DNA of 64,000 nucleotides from Desulfonatronovibrionaceae bacterium (GCA_046539845.1 JBKHGE010000006.1:1-64000); one strand, 5' to 3'; numbered from the stretch's first letter, positions 27,694 through 39,570 are shown. Numbers and translations are program-made. Notes: generated from the letters alone by a model not told the origin.

Positions 27694-27851
27694 TTCGGGG
27701 CAGGCAAAAAACAGATAAAAACCGTCTTTTGCTTCGGTAGCCAAAGGATATCTTTTGACTTCTGCTTTCTCTCCATCCGGGCTATCCAAAAGCAAAAAAG
27801 CGCTAAAAAGCGCAAGCTGACAGCAAAGGGCTTTTAAAAAGGAGGCCGCTT

Positions 27852-28103
27852 ATGTCCAAACCAAGACTTTATGCCTTGAGTACTTGTATCCACTGCAAAA
27901 ATACCAAAAAACTTCTGGACAGCCTGGGAGTGGATTGTGAGACCGTGGATGTGGACCTTTTGCAGGGGGAAGAGCGCGAAGAGGTCGTGCAGGAAGTAAA
28001 GAAATACAATCCGGATCTGTCCTTTCCCACCCTGGTGGTGGACGAAGATACGGTTATTGTCGGCTACAAGGAACAGCAAATACAGGAGGCCCTCGGGAAA
28101 TGA
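27852..28103 (+). CDS. glutaredoxin-like protein (NrdH/Grx fold)
   Basis: YALSTCIHC, SFPTLVV and IVGY motifs. Confidence 0.9.
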   Translation: MSKPRLYALSTCIHCKNTKKLLDSLGVDCETVDVDLLQGEEREEVVQEVKKYNPDLSFPTLVVDEDTVIVGYKEQQIQEALGK

Positions 28104-28444
28104 CTCCAAAAGAACTTTACCAACAGCTGCGGGCCTTGCAGGAGCCCAAGGGCTATTATTTCAACCGGGACATGGACATGACCATGGAGCTTTTAAAAAG
28201 TTTACTGCAAAACAAGGAGCGCTACGGATACATGGCCTGTCCCTGCAGACTGGCCTCCGGGGACTATAAACAGGACAAGGACATAATCTGCCCCTGCAAA
28301 TACAGGGATCCGGATGTGGCTGAATACGGGAGCTGCTTCTGCGGGCTGTATGTGTCCCGGGCCTGGAACGAAGACAAGATCGAGCATGTGTACGTCCCGG
28401 AGCGCCGCGATCCAGAAAAGATCATAACCGGCCTGGGTATTTGA
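28100..28444 (+). CDS. ferredoxin:thioredoxin reductase catalytic subunit-like
   Basis: YGYMACPCR, DIICPC and GSCFCGLY motifs (CPC/CPC/CxC). Confidence 0.92.
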   Translation: MTPKELYQQLRALQEPKGYYFNRDMDMTMELLKSLLQNKERYGYMACPCRLASGDYKQDKDIICPCKYRDPDVAEYGSCFCGLYVSRAWNEDKIEHVYVPERRDPEKIITGLGI

Positions 28445-28534
28445 ATTTTGACAAAGGCAATATAAACAAATAGGCTTATTGCCTTCGACATCCGGAACGG
28501 CCAAGCCTTCCGGACAACTGCCAAGGGGGAACAA

Positions 28535-28756
28535 ATGCGGGATGAAGTGGAAAAAGTGCTGGACAAGATCCGCCCTTCGCTCCAGGCGGACGGCGGGGAC
28601 GTGGAGCTAGTCGAAGTCACCGAGGACAATATAGTCAAGGTCAGGCTGAAGGGCGCCTGCCAGGGATGCCCTATGTCCCAAATGACCCTGAAAAACGGGA
28701 TTGAAAGATTATTATTAAAGGAAATACCCGAACTCAAGGGAGTGGAACCGGCTTAG
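28535..28756 (+). CDS. NifU/Nfu-type Fe-S carrier (single domain)
   Basis: IRPSLQADGGDVELV and GACQGCPMS..TLK.GIE motifs. Confidence 0.93.
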   Translation: MRDEVEKVLDKIRPSLQADGGDVELVEVTEDNIVKVRLKGACQGCPMSQMTLKNGIERLLLKEIPELKGVEPA

Positions 28757-28786
28757 GCCTTCATTGCCAAGACTTGAAACTCTTTC

Positions 28787-28813
28787 AGGCGGGCTTAGGC
28801 CCGCCTTTATTTT
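28787..28813 (+). terminator. Rho-independent terminator candidate
   Basis: AGGCGGGC-ttag-GCCCGCCT followed by TTATTTT, ending just before the gltX RBS. Confidence 0.6.
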
Positions 28814-28822
28814 GAGGCAGAG

Positions 28823-30217
28823 ATGGAGAAAATAGTCACCAGATTTCCGCCCAGCCCCACCGGCAGTCTGCACATAGGCGGGGCCAGGACCGCTATCTTC
28901 AACTGGCTGTGGGCCCGGAAAAACAACGGCGTTTTTGTCCTGCGCATAGAAGACACAGACCAGAATCGCTCCACCCCGGAACTGACCCGGACCATCCTGG
29001 AGGCCATGGACTGGCTGGGTCTGGACTACGATGAGGGTCCCTTCTATCAGAGCCAGCGCTTCGAGCTGTACCGGGAGTACATCCAGAAGCTGCTAAAAAG
29101 CGGTCAGGCCTATTTTTGCGAATGCACCCCGGAGGAAGTGGACGAGATGCGCAAACAGGCCAGGGCCAGAGGCCTGAAGCCCAAATACAGCGGCCGCTGC
29201 CGGGAGAAAGGACTGGGCCCGGGGGAAAACCGGGTCATCCGGCTGAAGACCCCGCTTGCCGGGCAGACCGTATTTAACGACCTGGTAAAAGGCCACATAG
29301 CGGTGGACAATACCGAGCTGGACGATCTGGTCCTGCAGCGGGCCGACGGCACCCCTACCTACAACCTGGCCGTGGTCGTGGATGATATTACCATGGGCAT
29401 AACTCATATCCTACGCGGGGACGACCACATAAACAACACCCCCAGACAACTGGCCATCTACGACGCTCTGGGCGCTGACCCTCCTGAGTTCGGACACGTG
29501 CCCATGATCCTTGGACCGGACAAAAAGAAGCTCTCCAAGCGGCACGGGGCGACCTCGGTCATGGAATACAAAAAACAGGGATTTTTACCCGAGGCCATGG
29601 TCAATTATTTGGTCCGGCTCGGATGGGGGCACGGGGATGAAGAAATACTCCCGCCCGCGGAGTTGGTAGAAAAATTTGACCTGAGCGGCTTGGGTTCTTC
29701 GGCCTGTGTATTTGATCTAGAAAAACTCAAATGGGTGAACAGCCAGTATATAAAAGAGGCGGTGCCGGACAGGCTGGCCCGTATTCTGCGGGAACACCTT
29801 GCGGACATGGGCCACGCACCGGAAACCGGATACCTGGAAGACATCATCCCCCTGCTCCAGCCCCGGGCCAAGACCATTCAGGAGATGGCCGAGTTGGCTG
29901 AGTTCTTCGTGTTCGAGGACGACAGGCTCCCCTATGATCGTAAAGCCGTGGACAAATTCTTGACCCCGGAAGCCCGGGAATACCTGCAGCAGGTGACTGA
30001 GCGCCTGGAAAGCACCCCCGGGTTCGGACAGAAGGAACTGGAAGAGATAATTACTGCCTATCTGGAGGAGGCCGGAATAAAGTTCAAGAAACTGGCCCAG
30101 CCTTTGCGGGTGGCCATTACCGGAAAGACTTTCAGCCCCGGGCTTTTTGAGACCATGGAAGTATTGGGGAGGGAAAAGACATTACGCCGCCTGAAGCGAG
30201 CCCTGGACCTCACCTAG
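28823..30217 (+). CDS. gltX: glutamate--tRNA ligase
   Basis: RFPPSPTGSLHIGG, LRIEDTD, RGDDH and KLSKRHGA motifs. Confidence 0.98.
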   Translation: MEKIVTRFPPSPTGSLHIGGARTAIFNWLWARKNNGVFVLRIEDTDQNRSTPELTRTILEAMDWLGLDYDEGPFYQSQRFELYREYIQKLLKSGQAYFCECTPEEVDEMRKQARARGLKPKYSGRCREKGLGPGENRVIRLKTPLAGQTVFNDLVKGHIAVDNTELDDLVLQRADGTPTYNLAVVVDDITMGITHILRGDDHINNTPRQLAIYDALGADPPEFGHVPMILGPDKKKLSKRHGATSVMEYKKQGFLPEAMVNYLVRLGWGHGDEEILPPAELVEKFDLSGLGSSACVFDLEKLKWVNSQYIKEAVPDRLARILREHLADMGHAPETGYLEDIIPLLQPRAKTIQEMAELAEFFVFEDDRLPYDRKAVDKFLTPEAREYLQQVTERLESTPGFGQKELEEIITAYLEEAGIKFKKLAQPLRVAITGKTFSPGLFETMEVLGREKTLRRLKRALDLT

Positions 30218-30243
30218 CAGCCCGCTGGAAGGCCCCAAGGCCA

Positions 30244-30414
30244 AAGGGTCAAAAGACTACAGCCCTTGCGCACAGATTACTGCGCTTTGACCCTGGACTT
30301 TTTTGCGCCCTCCTTGTTTTTTTTGATCTAGCTGAAAGACTAAACTGTCTTTCAGCCGCTGGTCGGAGCCGCCATTGCGGCCACTTTCCGCGGAAAAACG
30401 GCGGCTCTCCGACA
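30244..30414. repeat. three consecutive intergenic hairpins between convergent genes
   Basis: AGGGTCAAA...TTTGACCCT; GCTGAAAGAC-taaact-GTCTTTCAGC; GTCGGAGCCGCC...GGCGGCTCTCCGAC. Confidence 0.55.
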
Positions 30415-30434
30415 AGCGTACGGATTTTTATGTT

Positions 30435-31289
30435 TCATCCGCCTGATCCTTTTTCCTGCTTCAGACCGTCTAAAAACTCCCGGACCTCTTCGTTGTCCGG
30501 ATCGAGCTCCAGGGCCTTATTAGCAGCTGCCTCGGCCTTGTCCGGCTTGCCCCATTCCTTGTACAGCCGGTGCAAGTTGAGGAAGATATTGGCATGCTCC
30601 CCAAAGGCCTTTAGAGCCTGGCGGTAGGTCTGCTCCGCTTTTTTGTAGTCCCCCCGGTGGCGGTGGACATTGACTATTATCCGGTATGCGGTCTGATTCT
30701 TTTTATCCTTGGCCAAAGCCTTTTCCGCAAATACCAAGGCCTGATCCAGATTGCCGGACTGATACAGCCCCTCAGCTATATCGTTGAACACCTCCGGATC
30801 TTCTCCATAGGCGTCCACCAGGGCCTTCATGTGTGAGGCCGCCTTCACCTTGTCCTTGGACTGTAGACAGGCCTGCATCTTCTCCAGGAGTCGTCTGCGA
30901 CGCAACTCTTCGCTGTCGGAGTCGTTCTCTGCCTCCTGCTCTTCAATGCTTTTGGCCATATCCTGGATTATCTTGATAAGCTGCTGATAGATTTCCCTTT
31001 CCTTGCCCTTTTCATAACTGAACCCGGGGGGCAAAAAGCCCTTGACCTCATTGAAGGTGGTAAACATCTGCACTATTTCGGCAAACATGTATTCGATCTC
31101 TATTTTCTGCGAACCGTAAAAACGGCCGCTGAAATACAGCTTCATCCCCTCCAGTGCAGTCACGATGCCCCGCAGGACCTCATGCCTATTGAAAAGAGAC
31201 TTGGCCCGTCCCAGATGTTCCTTTATTTCCCTGGCCTGAGGATTCGATGCTATCATCTCGCCACTCCTGATTTTTTTCCTGTTAACCAA
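30435..31289 (-). CDS. tetratricopeptide repeat protein
   Basis: C-terminal TPR patterns (G.LDQAL.FAEKAL; GDYKKAEQTYRQAL; KALELDPDN). Start uncertain. Confidence 0.8.
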   Translation of the reverse strand: MVNRKKIRSGEMIASNPQAREIKEHLGRAKSLFNRHEVLRGIVTALEGMKLYFSGRFYGSQKIEIEYMFAEIVQMFTTFNEVKGFLPPGFSYEKGKEREIYQQLIKIIQDMAKSIEEQEAENDSDSEELRRRRLLEKMQACLQSKDKVKAASHMKALVDAYGEDPEVFNDIAEGLYQSGNLDQALVFAEKALAKDKKNQTAYRIIVNVHRHRGDYKKAEQTYRQALKAFGEHANIFLNLHRLYKEWGKPDKAEAAANKALELDPDNEEVREFLDGLKQEKGSGG

Positions 31290-31621
31290 AATTCGCTCCG
31301 CATGTCCATAAGAGATTGCGGATAAAATCGATTCTCACTCCAAGGCACGCGGATTTAAGCCTTTTACCCGTAAATAAATATAAACACCCCTCGGCCGGAA
31401 AAGACCGTTGAGCCCGAACCTGTGCCCATCCCGACTGTTTTGCCAGCCAAGCAGCTCCGGCCGGTTTTCGCATTAAGAAGCAGAGATACACCCGAACTGC
31501 CCAAGTTATTGCCTTGTTTTTATTGGGAAAAAACAGATATTTGACAATCACTCCGGGTTACGTGCTAGGTTTATTTTTTCAGGCTGATAGATCATCAACA
31601 TCATTTAAGCGGAGGATTTGC

Positions 31622-32017
31622 ATGACTTACAAAAACATCCCAGCGATACTGGCCCTGGTTGTCATTCTGAGCCTGGGCCTGGTTTCCATGGCAACGGCAC
31701 AGGAACAGGAAATGCAACAGGGCAACAAACCTGAAGCCGGACAGATGGAAACCCAGGAGGAGCTGCAAAAAGATGTCCAGAAAATGCAGGAGATCGGGGA
31801 AAAACTGACCGCCATCAAGGAAGACGCCCTGGACTCCAATCCCGAGCTGCAAAAGGAGCTGGAGGATTTTCAAAAGACCCAGGAGGAGCTGCAGGAAAAA
31901 GGGGAGCAGCTGCAAAAGGATATCGAAGCGGCCATGCTCGATCAGGACCCGGAGACCGAGGGCCTGCTCGAGGAATACACAGAGATCCGGCAGAAACTGC
32001 AGCCGTTTATGCAATAA
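31622..32017 (+). CDS. secreted acidic coiled-coil hypothetical protein
   Basis: GGAGGA RBS, signal peptide ending ATA-Q, Q/E-rich helical body. Confidence 0.8.
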   Translation: MTYKNIPAILALVVILSLGLVSMATAQEQEMQQGNKPEAGQMETQEELQKDVQKMQEIGEKLTAIKEDALDSNPELQKELEDFQKTQEELQEKGEQLQKDIEAAMLDQDPETEGLLEEYTEIRQKLQPFMQ

Positions 32018-32047
32018 AAAAAACCCGCCGCAAGGCGGGTTTTTTTA
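32016..32047. terminator. bidirectional Rho-independent terminator
   Basis: A-tract, CCCGCC-gcaa-GGCGGG, T-tract, between convergent genes. Confidence 0.9.
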
Positions 32048-32159
32048 TTTCCCAAGCAAGGACTCCGGGATGACCCGCTTGGGCATTGCTGTATTCCGGG
32101 GGAAAAGTCCCTTGCCGGCGGATTGGGGCAGAATCAACCCGGCCGGAACGCGGAAATAT

Positions 32160-32360
32160 CTAATCTGCTCTCGGCTTCCGGACCGCTCCGGACCGCAAAC
32201 ACCGCGTGCATACCGGGACCTTCTTAACCGCCCCGTCCGGGAGTTCGGCCCGCACCCGCTGCAGGTTGGGCATAAAGCGCCTTTTGGTCTTTTTATGGGC
32301 GTGACTGACATTATTCCCGCTCTGGGGCTTTTTGCCGCAGAATGCGCATTCCTTGCTCAT
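32160..32360 (-). CDS. rpmB: 50S ribosomal protein L28 (Zn-ribbon form)
   Basis: CAFCGK...GNNVSHA..KTKRRF.PNLQ...CTRCLRSG. Confidence 0.97.
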   Translation of the reverse strand: MSKECAFCGKKPQSGNNVSHAHKKTKRRFMPNLQRVRAELPDGAVKKVPVCTRCLRSGAVRKPRAD

Positions 32361-32538
32361 GAGAGTTCCTCCTAATAGAAATATGCTTGGACTCGTTTCT
32401 CTTCTTCGGGCCCTGCAAACGAAACAATTTTGCAGGCAAAGAATTAATGTCCATAGACCTGTTGGTCAAAAAATGCAAGGGTAAAACTTGACAATTCAAA
32501 GGGCTCCCATATAGAGAGTGGGGCTCGAGGTGATAAGT

Positions 32539-33054
32539 TTGCTGAAATGGCTAATATTGTCGGATATCCCGGCCCACGGCCGGGACTTTTCGTTTGAGGA
32601 AAAAGCTGACTGGGAAAACATACTGCAGGAACACGGTGTCCAATACGACCTGCAAAGGCCAATGGTCCTTAATCTGCACGTCCAGCCCCAATCGGATGGT
32701 TTTCTGCTTTCCGGCTCCCTGGAGGGGGCGGTCAGCCTGCCCTGCGAAAGATGCCTGCAGCCGGTGGAAGTGGAAGCCAGTCGCAGATTCCAGGTATTCG
32801 AGGAATTACCTGCAGTCACGGATGCCCCGCTGGACTCCCTGCTCCGGGAAACAAGCGGACACCTGGAACTGAACATCCGGCACATGATGTGGGAACAGTT
32901 CAATCTGTCCCTTCCGGCCAAGGTGCTCTGCTCCCCGGAATGCAATGGACTGTGCCCGCATTGCGGACAGGATCTCAACCAAGCCGCGTGCGCCTGCAGC
33001 AAGGAAGGCACGGACCCGCGGATGGCAGTGTTCAGGCAAATAAAAATATTTTGA
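32539..33054 (+). CDS. yceD: YceD/DUF177 family protein
   Basis: CERCL, LCSPECNGLCPHCG.DLN...C.C and DPR motifs. Upstream of rpmF. TTG start after GAGG. Confidence 0.9.
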   Translation: MLKWLILSDIPAHGRDFSFEEKADWENILQEHGVQYDLQRPMVLNLHVQPQSDGFLLSGSLEGAVSLPCERCLQPVEVEASRRFQVFEELPAVTDAPLDSLLRETSGHLELNIRHMMWEQFNLSLPAKVLCSPECNGLCPHCGQDLNQAACACSKEGTDPRMAVFRQIKIF

Positions 33055-33080
33055 AATAATAATAAACGAGGTGGATCAGA

Positions 33081-33242
33081 ATGGCTCTTCCCAAGAAAAA
33101 GACTTCCAAGTCCAAAAGAAACATGCGTCGGGCACACGACCGGGTGGCAGTACCCAATTTCATCTATTGCGAATGCGGCGAGCCCACTCTGCCGCACCGT
33201 GTCTGTCCGGCCTGCGGCAAATACAAGGGGCGCCAGTACTAA
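33081..33242 (+). CDS. rpmF: 50S ribosomal protein L32 (absent from ORF track)
   Basis: Manual translation [53 protein letters not shown]. Confidence 0.97.
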   Translation: MALPKKKTSKSKRNMRRAHDRVAVPNFIYCECGEPTLPHRVCPACGKYKGRQY

Positions 33243-33245
33243 TCC

Positions 33246-34313
33246 ATGACCGATTCCCGCAACCGCCCTCGCCTGGCTGTTGACGCCATGGGCGGGGATC
33301 ACGGCCCGGAAGTGGTCATCCCCGGAGCGCTTGAGGCGGCCCGCAAAGACGATCTGGCTCTTTTACTGGTCGGAGACCGGGACAAGGTCTATGCCGTGCT
33401 GTCCGGGCAGGACTCCAAAGGCCTAGACGTGGAGGTCGCCCACGCCCCGGAGGTGGTCGGCATGTCTGAAAAGCCCTCCGAAGCCCTGAGACGGCGCAGG
33501 GAAACCTCTATCCAGACGGCGTTCAAGAAAGTCCGGGCCGGCGAGGCCCAGGGTGTTGTCAGTGCCGGGAACTCCGGGGCCACTCTGGGATGCGGAATGT
33601 TTATCCTCGGTCGGGTCAAAGGGATTGAGCGCCCGGCCCTGGCCTCTATCCTCCCCACAGAGAAAGACCCGGTCATCCTCATCGATGTCGGGGCCAACGT
33701 GGACTGCAAGCCGTATCACCTGGTCCAGTTCGGGATCATGGCCGATGTCCTGGCCAAGGATGTCTTGCATATCAAAAATCCCCGCGTAGGTCTTCTGTCC
33801 ATTGGTGAGGAAGAAGGGAAAGGGAACAATCAGGTCCGGGAGGCGGCCCGGCTTTTGACCATGTCCTCACTCAATTTCCGGGGCAATGTGGAGGGCCGAG
33901 ACATGTTCAAGGGCGATCTGGACATATTCGTGTGCGACGGGTTCGTGGGTAATATCGCCTTAAAGCTTATGGAGGGCCTGGCCCTTTCTTTGACCCATAT
34001 GCTCAAAACAGAAGTCAAAAAGAGCCTTCAGGCCCGGCTGGGTTTTCTTATCGGCAGCAGGGCGCTTAAGAACTTCAGCCGCAGGGTAGATTATGCGGAA
34101 TACGGGGGTGCCCCTCTGCTCGGCCTGAAAGGAATAACCATCGTCTGTCATGGGTCCTCCAATCCCAAGGCCATTTGCAACGCCGTACGCATGGCCGGGA
34201 CTTTTGTCACCAATAAGGCAAAAGAACACATGGAGCGGGGTATAGCCACCCACCAGGAATTGAAAATCCTGGGTAAAAAGGCCCTGCCCGACGGCAGTGG
34301 GGAGAACGGCTAG
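33246..34313 (+). CDS. plsX: phosphate acyltransferase
   Basis: AVDAMGGDHGP, SAGNSGA, DVGAN, DGFVGN..LK and YGGAPLLG motifs. Confidence 0.97.
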   Translation: MTDSRNRPRLAVDAMGGDHGPEVVIPGALEAARKDDLALLLVGDRDKVYAVLSGQDSKGLDVEVAHAPEVVGMSEKPSEALRRRRETSIQTAFKKVRAGEAQGVVSAGNSGATLGCGMFILGRVKGIERPALASILPTEKDPVILIDVGANVDCKPYHLVQFGIMADVLAKDVLHIKNPRVGLLSIGEEEGKGNNQVREAARLLTMSSLNFRGNVEGRDMFKGDLDIFVCDGFVGNIALKLMEGLALSLTHMLKTEVKKSLQARLGFLIGSRALKNFSRRVDYAEYGGAPLLGLKGITIVCHGSSNPKAICNAVRMAGTFVTNKAKEHMERGIATHQELKILGKKALPDGSGENG

Positions 34314-34413
34314 CAGGCCCTGACGCGTCCGCGGACTTGTGGACGGTTTTTTGATCTGTAAGACCTGTGTTTGGTTCAAGCATCCGGAATACTCAACTCC
34401 AAGGTTTATCTAT

Positions 34414-35394
34414 ATGCTTAAAGACATTCGAATCTCCGGTTTGGGTTATTTTGTCCCTCCCACCCGACTGACCAATTCCGATCTAGAGAAAATGGTAGAT
34501 ACCTCGGACGAGTGGATCACTTCCCGGACCGGGATCAAGGAACGCCGGATAGCAACCACTGAATCCTGCTCCGACCTTGGGGCCGAGGCCGCCCGCAAGG
34601 CCCTGGACCAATCCGGACTGTCTCCGGAGCAGATCACCCACCTGGTTGTGGCCACTTTCACACCGGACTATTACTGCCCGAACGCGGCCTGCCTTTTACA
34701 GCAGAAATTGGGACTGGGAGAAATCCCCTGCTTTGACGTGAATGCGGCCTGCTCCGGATTTACCTACGGTCTGGAGATGTGTCGGGGACTGGCCGCCCTG
34801 AACCCGGAAGCCCGCATCCTGTTGGTGGCCTCGGAAGTGGTCACCTCGCGCATAGATTTCCAGGACCGCTCCACCTGCGTTCTATTCGGGGACGGGGCCG
34901 GAGCGGCTGTTATCGGCTCCGGGGAGGATGGATGCCTGATCCGGGATGTCTTGCTCCGCTCCAACGGATCCCTGGGAGAACTCTTGACCGTCAAAGGAGG
35001 CGGCTCGCGCAAAAAAATCCGGCCCGGGGACAGGATCGATTCCGACTTTTTTGTTCATATGCAGGGACGGGAAGTCTTTAAATACGCGGTCAAAAACATG
35101 TATCAGGTGGCCGGGGAAATTCTTGAGCGCAATGACTTGCGGACAAAAGACATTGACCTTATCCTCCCCCATCAGGCAAATATCCGGATTATAGACGCCC
35201 TGGGCAAAAAGCTTAACGCGGCCCCGGATCAGATATACACCAATGTGGACAGATACGGAAACACTTCCGCGGCTTCAGTGCCGATAGCCCTGGCCGAAGC
35301 CAGGGAGAAGGGGCTGATCAGGGATGGTGATCGGGTGCTGGTGGTCGCCTTCGGAGGCGGCTTTACCTGGGGATCAGCCCTGCTGGAATTTTAG
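34414..35394 (+). CDS. fabH: 3-oxoacyl-ACP synthase III
   Basis: TSDEWI..RTGI.ERR, AACSGF, PHQAN.RI, GNTSAAS and GGGFTWG motifs. Confidence 0.97.
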   Translation: MLKDIRISGLGYFVPPTRLTNSDLEKMVDTSDEWITSRTGIKERRIATTESCSDLGAEAARKALDQSGLSPEQITHLVVATFTPDYYCPNAACLLQQKLGLGEIPCFDVNAACSGFTYGLEMCRGLAALNPEARILLVASEVVTSRIDFQDRSTCVLFGDGAGAAVIGSGEDGCLIRDVLLRSNGSLGELLTVKGGGSRKKIRPGDRIDSDFFVHMQGREVFKYAVKNMYQVAGEILERNDLRTKDIDLILPHQANIRIIDALGKKLNAAPDQIYTNVDRYGNTSAASVPIALAEAREKGLIRDGDRVLVVAFGGGFTWGSALLEF

Positions 35395-35481
35395 CCGCCC
35401 GGCGGAAGCCCGGAGTGCATTGAGCCGCGCTTTGTAAACGCCGGCTTGACTTGCAGCAAGAGACGAATTGAGGAGGGCCTT

Positions 35482-36225
35482 ATGAGCGAACTCCAAAGCA
35501 CGGCTATGGTGACCGGCGGGTCGCGGGGCATAGGCAGTGCAATTGCAAAAAAACTGGCAGCTGACGGATATATGGTATATATGACTTACGTCAGCAAGCC
35601 GGAACTGGCCCGGGAGGTCTGTTCGGAGATTGAAGCCGCGGGCGGCAGGTCTCAGGCCTTTGAACTGGACATAAGCGACGCGGATCAGGTGCAAAAGTTT
35701 TTCAACCGGGAGATAAAGGATCAGGTCCGCCTGCAGGTCTTGGTGAACAACGCCGGCCTGACCAAGGACGGGCTTTTGGTCCGCATGAAACGGGATCAAT
35801 GGGAGGATGTACTGCGGGTCAATCTTTCCGGGACCTTCTACTGCCTGCAACAGGGGGCCAAGATCATGATGCGTCAGAAATACGGGCGGATCATAAATCT
35901 GAGTTCTGTTACCGCGCAGGCAGGCAACGCCGGACAGGCCAATTATACCGCGGCCAAGGCCGGGATAATCGGGCTGACCAAGAGCGCGGCCCAGGAGCTT
36001 GCCCCGCGGAACATAACTGTGAATGCGGTGGCCCCGGGTTTTGTGGCCACAGATATGACCGCAGCCCTGTCCGAAGACCTGCGCGGTCAGTACCTGGACA
36101 AGATCCCGGTCAACAGATTCGGTACGCCCGAGGATATTGCCGCGGCCGTATCCTTTCTGGCTTCCCCGAATTCCGGTTATATCACCGGTCAGGTCCTGGG
36201 TATAAACGGCGGAATGTACATGTAA
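35482..36225 (+). CDS. fabG: 3-oxoacyl-ACP reductase
   Basis: TGGSRGIG, NNAG, YTAAK and NAVAPGF motifs. Confidence 0.96.
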   Translation: MSELQSTAMVTGGSRGIGSAIAKKLAADGYMVYMTYVSKPELAREVCSEIEAAGGRSQAFELDISDADQVQKFFNREIKDQVRLQVLVNNAGLTKDGLLVRMKRDQWEDVLRVNLSGTFYCLQQGAKIMMRQKYGRIINLSSVTAQAGNAGQANYTAAKAGIIGLTKSAAQELAPRNITVNAVAPGFVATDMTAALSEDLRGQYLDKIPVNRFGTPEDIAAAVSFLASPNSGYITGQVLGINGGMYM

Positions 36226-36257
36226 CTGATCAGAAAAATTCAATACGGAGGTAGAAA

Positions 36258-36488
36258 ATGGCAGTCGAGGAAAAAATCAAAGAAATCGTCGTGGAACAGC
36301 TCGGAGTGAGCGCGGAACAGGTCAAACCGGAGGCGAAATTCGTCGAGGACCTGGGGGCCGACTCCCTGGATCTGACCGAACTGATCATGGCCATGGAAGA
36401 GGAATTTGGCATAGAGATCGATGACGAAAAGGCCCAGGAGATCCTGACGGTTCAGGACGCGGTCAAGTATATTCAAGACAATCAATAG
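36258..36488 (+). CDS. acpP: acyl carrier protein
   Basis: DLGADSLD motif. Confidence 0.98.
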   Translation: MAVEEKIKEIVVEQLGVSAEQVKPEAKFVEDLGADSLDLTELIMAMEEEFGIEIDDEKAQEILTVQDAVKYIQDNQ

Positions 36489-36603
36489 ACCCGGGGGCCG
36501 GTATGCGGCTTTGACCGCTTTCCGGCCCTTTTAAACGACTGTTGCGACAGCCCGTCGGGAACTGTCTTGCACCCCATAAATCCTCAGCCAATCAATCAAG
36601 CCT

Positions 36604-37842
36604 ATGTTCAACAGAGTAGTCGTTACCGGTCTGTCTGGATTAACACCTATTGGCAATGACCTGGAAAAGAGCTGGTCCAATCTCCTGGCCGGTAAAAGCG
36701 GCGTGGACCGAATCACCAGGTTCGACTGTTCCCAGTACGCCACTCAGATAGCCGCTGAGATCAAGGACCTGGATATAACCGATTTCGTCCCTTACAAGCA
36801 GGCCAAGCGAATGGATCGCTTTACTCGCTATGCTGCGGCCGCGGCGATCATGCTTATGCAAGACGCTGGCCTAGAGGGTACTGACCTTGGTGCGGAATGC
36901 GGCGTGCTTTTGGGCTGCGGGCTGGGGGGACTGGAGACCATAGAACAATTCCATTCCAAACTGCTCCAAAGCGGTCCCAAAAGGATCTCCCCGTTCTATA
37001 TCCCGCTTTTGATCTCCAACATGGCCAGCGGTCAGATCTCCATAATTACCGGGGCCAGAGGACCGAACCTGGCCACTACCTCGGCCTGCGCCTCCGGACT
37101 GCACGCCGTGGGGTACGCCTATTCGGAGATAAAACTGGGCCGGGTCAAATCCATGATCACCGGAGGTGTGGAATCCACCATAACCCCTATGGCGGTCTCT
37201 GGTTTTAATGCCATGCGCGCCCTGTCCACTCGCAACGATGAACCCCAAAAGGCCAGCCGGCCCTTTGACCGGGACCGGGACGGTTTTGTCATCGGCGAAG
37301 GCTGTGGTTTGCTTTTGCTGGAGTCTTTGGACAGCGCCCTGGAGCGCGGAGCGGAAATATACGCTGAAGTGGTCGGATTCGGGGCCTCTGCCGACGCCTA
37401 TCACATGACCGCGCCCGAGGAAAGCGGGGAAGGTATGGCCCTGGCCATAAAAGGTGCGCTCCGGGAAGCGGACATTGCTCCGGAAGAAGTGGACCACGTA
37501 AATGCCCACGGTACATCCACCTACCTCAACGATCTATGCGAGACCAGGGCCATAAAAAAGGTCTTCGCGGAGCACAGCCGGAACCTGAGTCTGACTGCAA
37601 ACAAATCCATGCTCGGTCACATGCTCGGGGCCGCCGGCGGAATAGAAAGTGTTTTCAGTGTAATGACCCTTAAAGAAGGAATCATTCCCGGAACGATCAA
37701 TCTGGAAAACCCGGACGAGGAATGCGACCTGGATTATACCCCGGGCAGGAGCAGAGAGCAGGAAGTGCGCTGCGTATTGTGCAATTCCTTCGGTTTCGGG
37801 GGGACCAACGCCAGTATCCTGTTCACGGGATTTGAAAACTGA
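36604..37842 (+). CDS. fabF: 3-oxoacyl-ACP synthase II
   Basis: [26 protein letters not shown] and NSFGFGG motifs. Confidence 0.97.
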   Translation: MFNRVVVTGLSGLTPIGNDLEKSWSNLLAGKSGVDRITRFDCSQYATQIAAEIKDLDITDFVPYKQAKRMDRFTRYAAAAAIMLMQDAGLEGTDLGAECGVLLGCGLGGLETIEQFHSKLLQSGPKRISPFYIPLLISNMASGQISIITGARGPNLATTSACASGLHAVGYAYSEIKLGRVKSMITGGVESTITPMAVSGFNAMRALSTRNDEPQKASRPFDRDRDGFVIGEGCGLLLLESLDSALERGAEIYAEVVGFGASADAYHMTAPEESGEGMALAIKGALREADIAPEEVDHVNAHGTSTYLNDLCETRAIKKVFAEHSRNLSLTANKSMLGHMLGAAGGIESVFSVMTLKEGIIPGTINLENPDEECDLDYTPGRSREQEVRCVLCNSFGFGGTNASILFTGFEN

Positions 37843-37858
37843 AAGACAAGGGAGAGAC

Positions 37859-39097
<1,239 letters not shown>

Positions 39098-39102
39098 CAA
39101 TC

Positions 39103-39570
39103 ATGAGCCGGAAGCGTTTGTCCTGGCATGAATACTACATGCAGATCGCCCGCCTGGTCTCGGAGCGTTCCACATGCCTCAGGCGCCGGGTGGGGGCGGT
39201 CGCGGTCAAAGACAAACGTATCCTGGCCACCGGTTACAACGGAGCGCCCACCGGGATGAAGCACTGCCTGGACATAGGCTGTCTACGGGAACAGATGAAC
39301 ATCCCCTCCGGGCATCGCCACGAATTGTGCCGCGGTCTGCACGCCGAACAGAACGTGATCATCCAGGCCGCAGTACACGGGGTGAGCATAAGCCAAGCCA
39401 GCATCTACTGCACCACCCAGCCCTGTCTTATCTGCTCCAAAATGCTTATAAACTGCCAGATTAAGGAAATATATTTTGCCAACGGCTACCCGGACGAGCT
39501 GGCCCAGCAGATGCTGGACGAAGCCGGGGTGTACTACAGGCTGATGCCTCTGGACGGCAGCAATGATTGA
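39103..39570 (+). CDS. dCMP deaminase (ComEB-like)
   Basis: RSTC.RR.VGA, TGYNG, HAEQN and PC..C motifs. Confidence 0.92.
   Translation: MSRKRLSWHEYYMQIARLVSERSTCLRRRVGAVAVKDKRILATGYNGAPTGMKHCLDIGCLREQMNIPSGHRHELCRGLHAEQNVIIQAAVHGVSISQASIYCTTQPCLICSKMLINCQIKEIYFANGYPDELAQQMLDEAGVYYRLMPLDGSND

Noticed and set aside
27852..28756. Selenocysteine recoding in the redox genes
   Set aside because: All redox-motif positions are ordinary Cys codons; no in-frame TGA within the motifs.
30218..30434. tRNA-Gln/Glu after gltX
   Set aside because: No cloverleaf, T-loop GTTCGA or acceptor stem.
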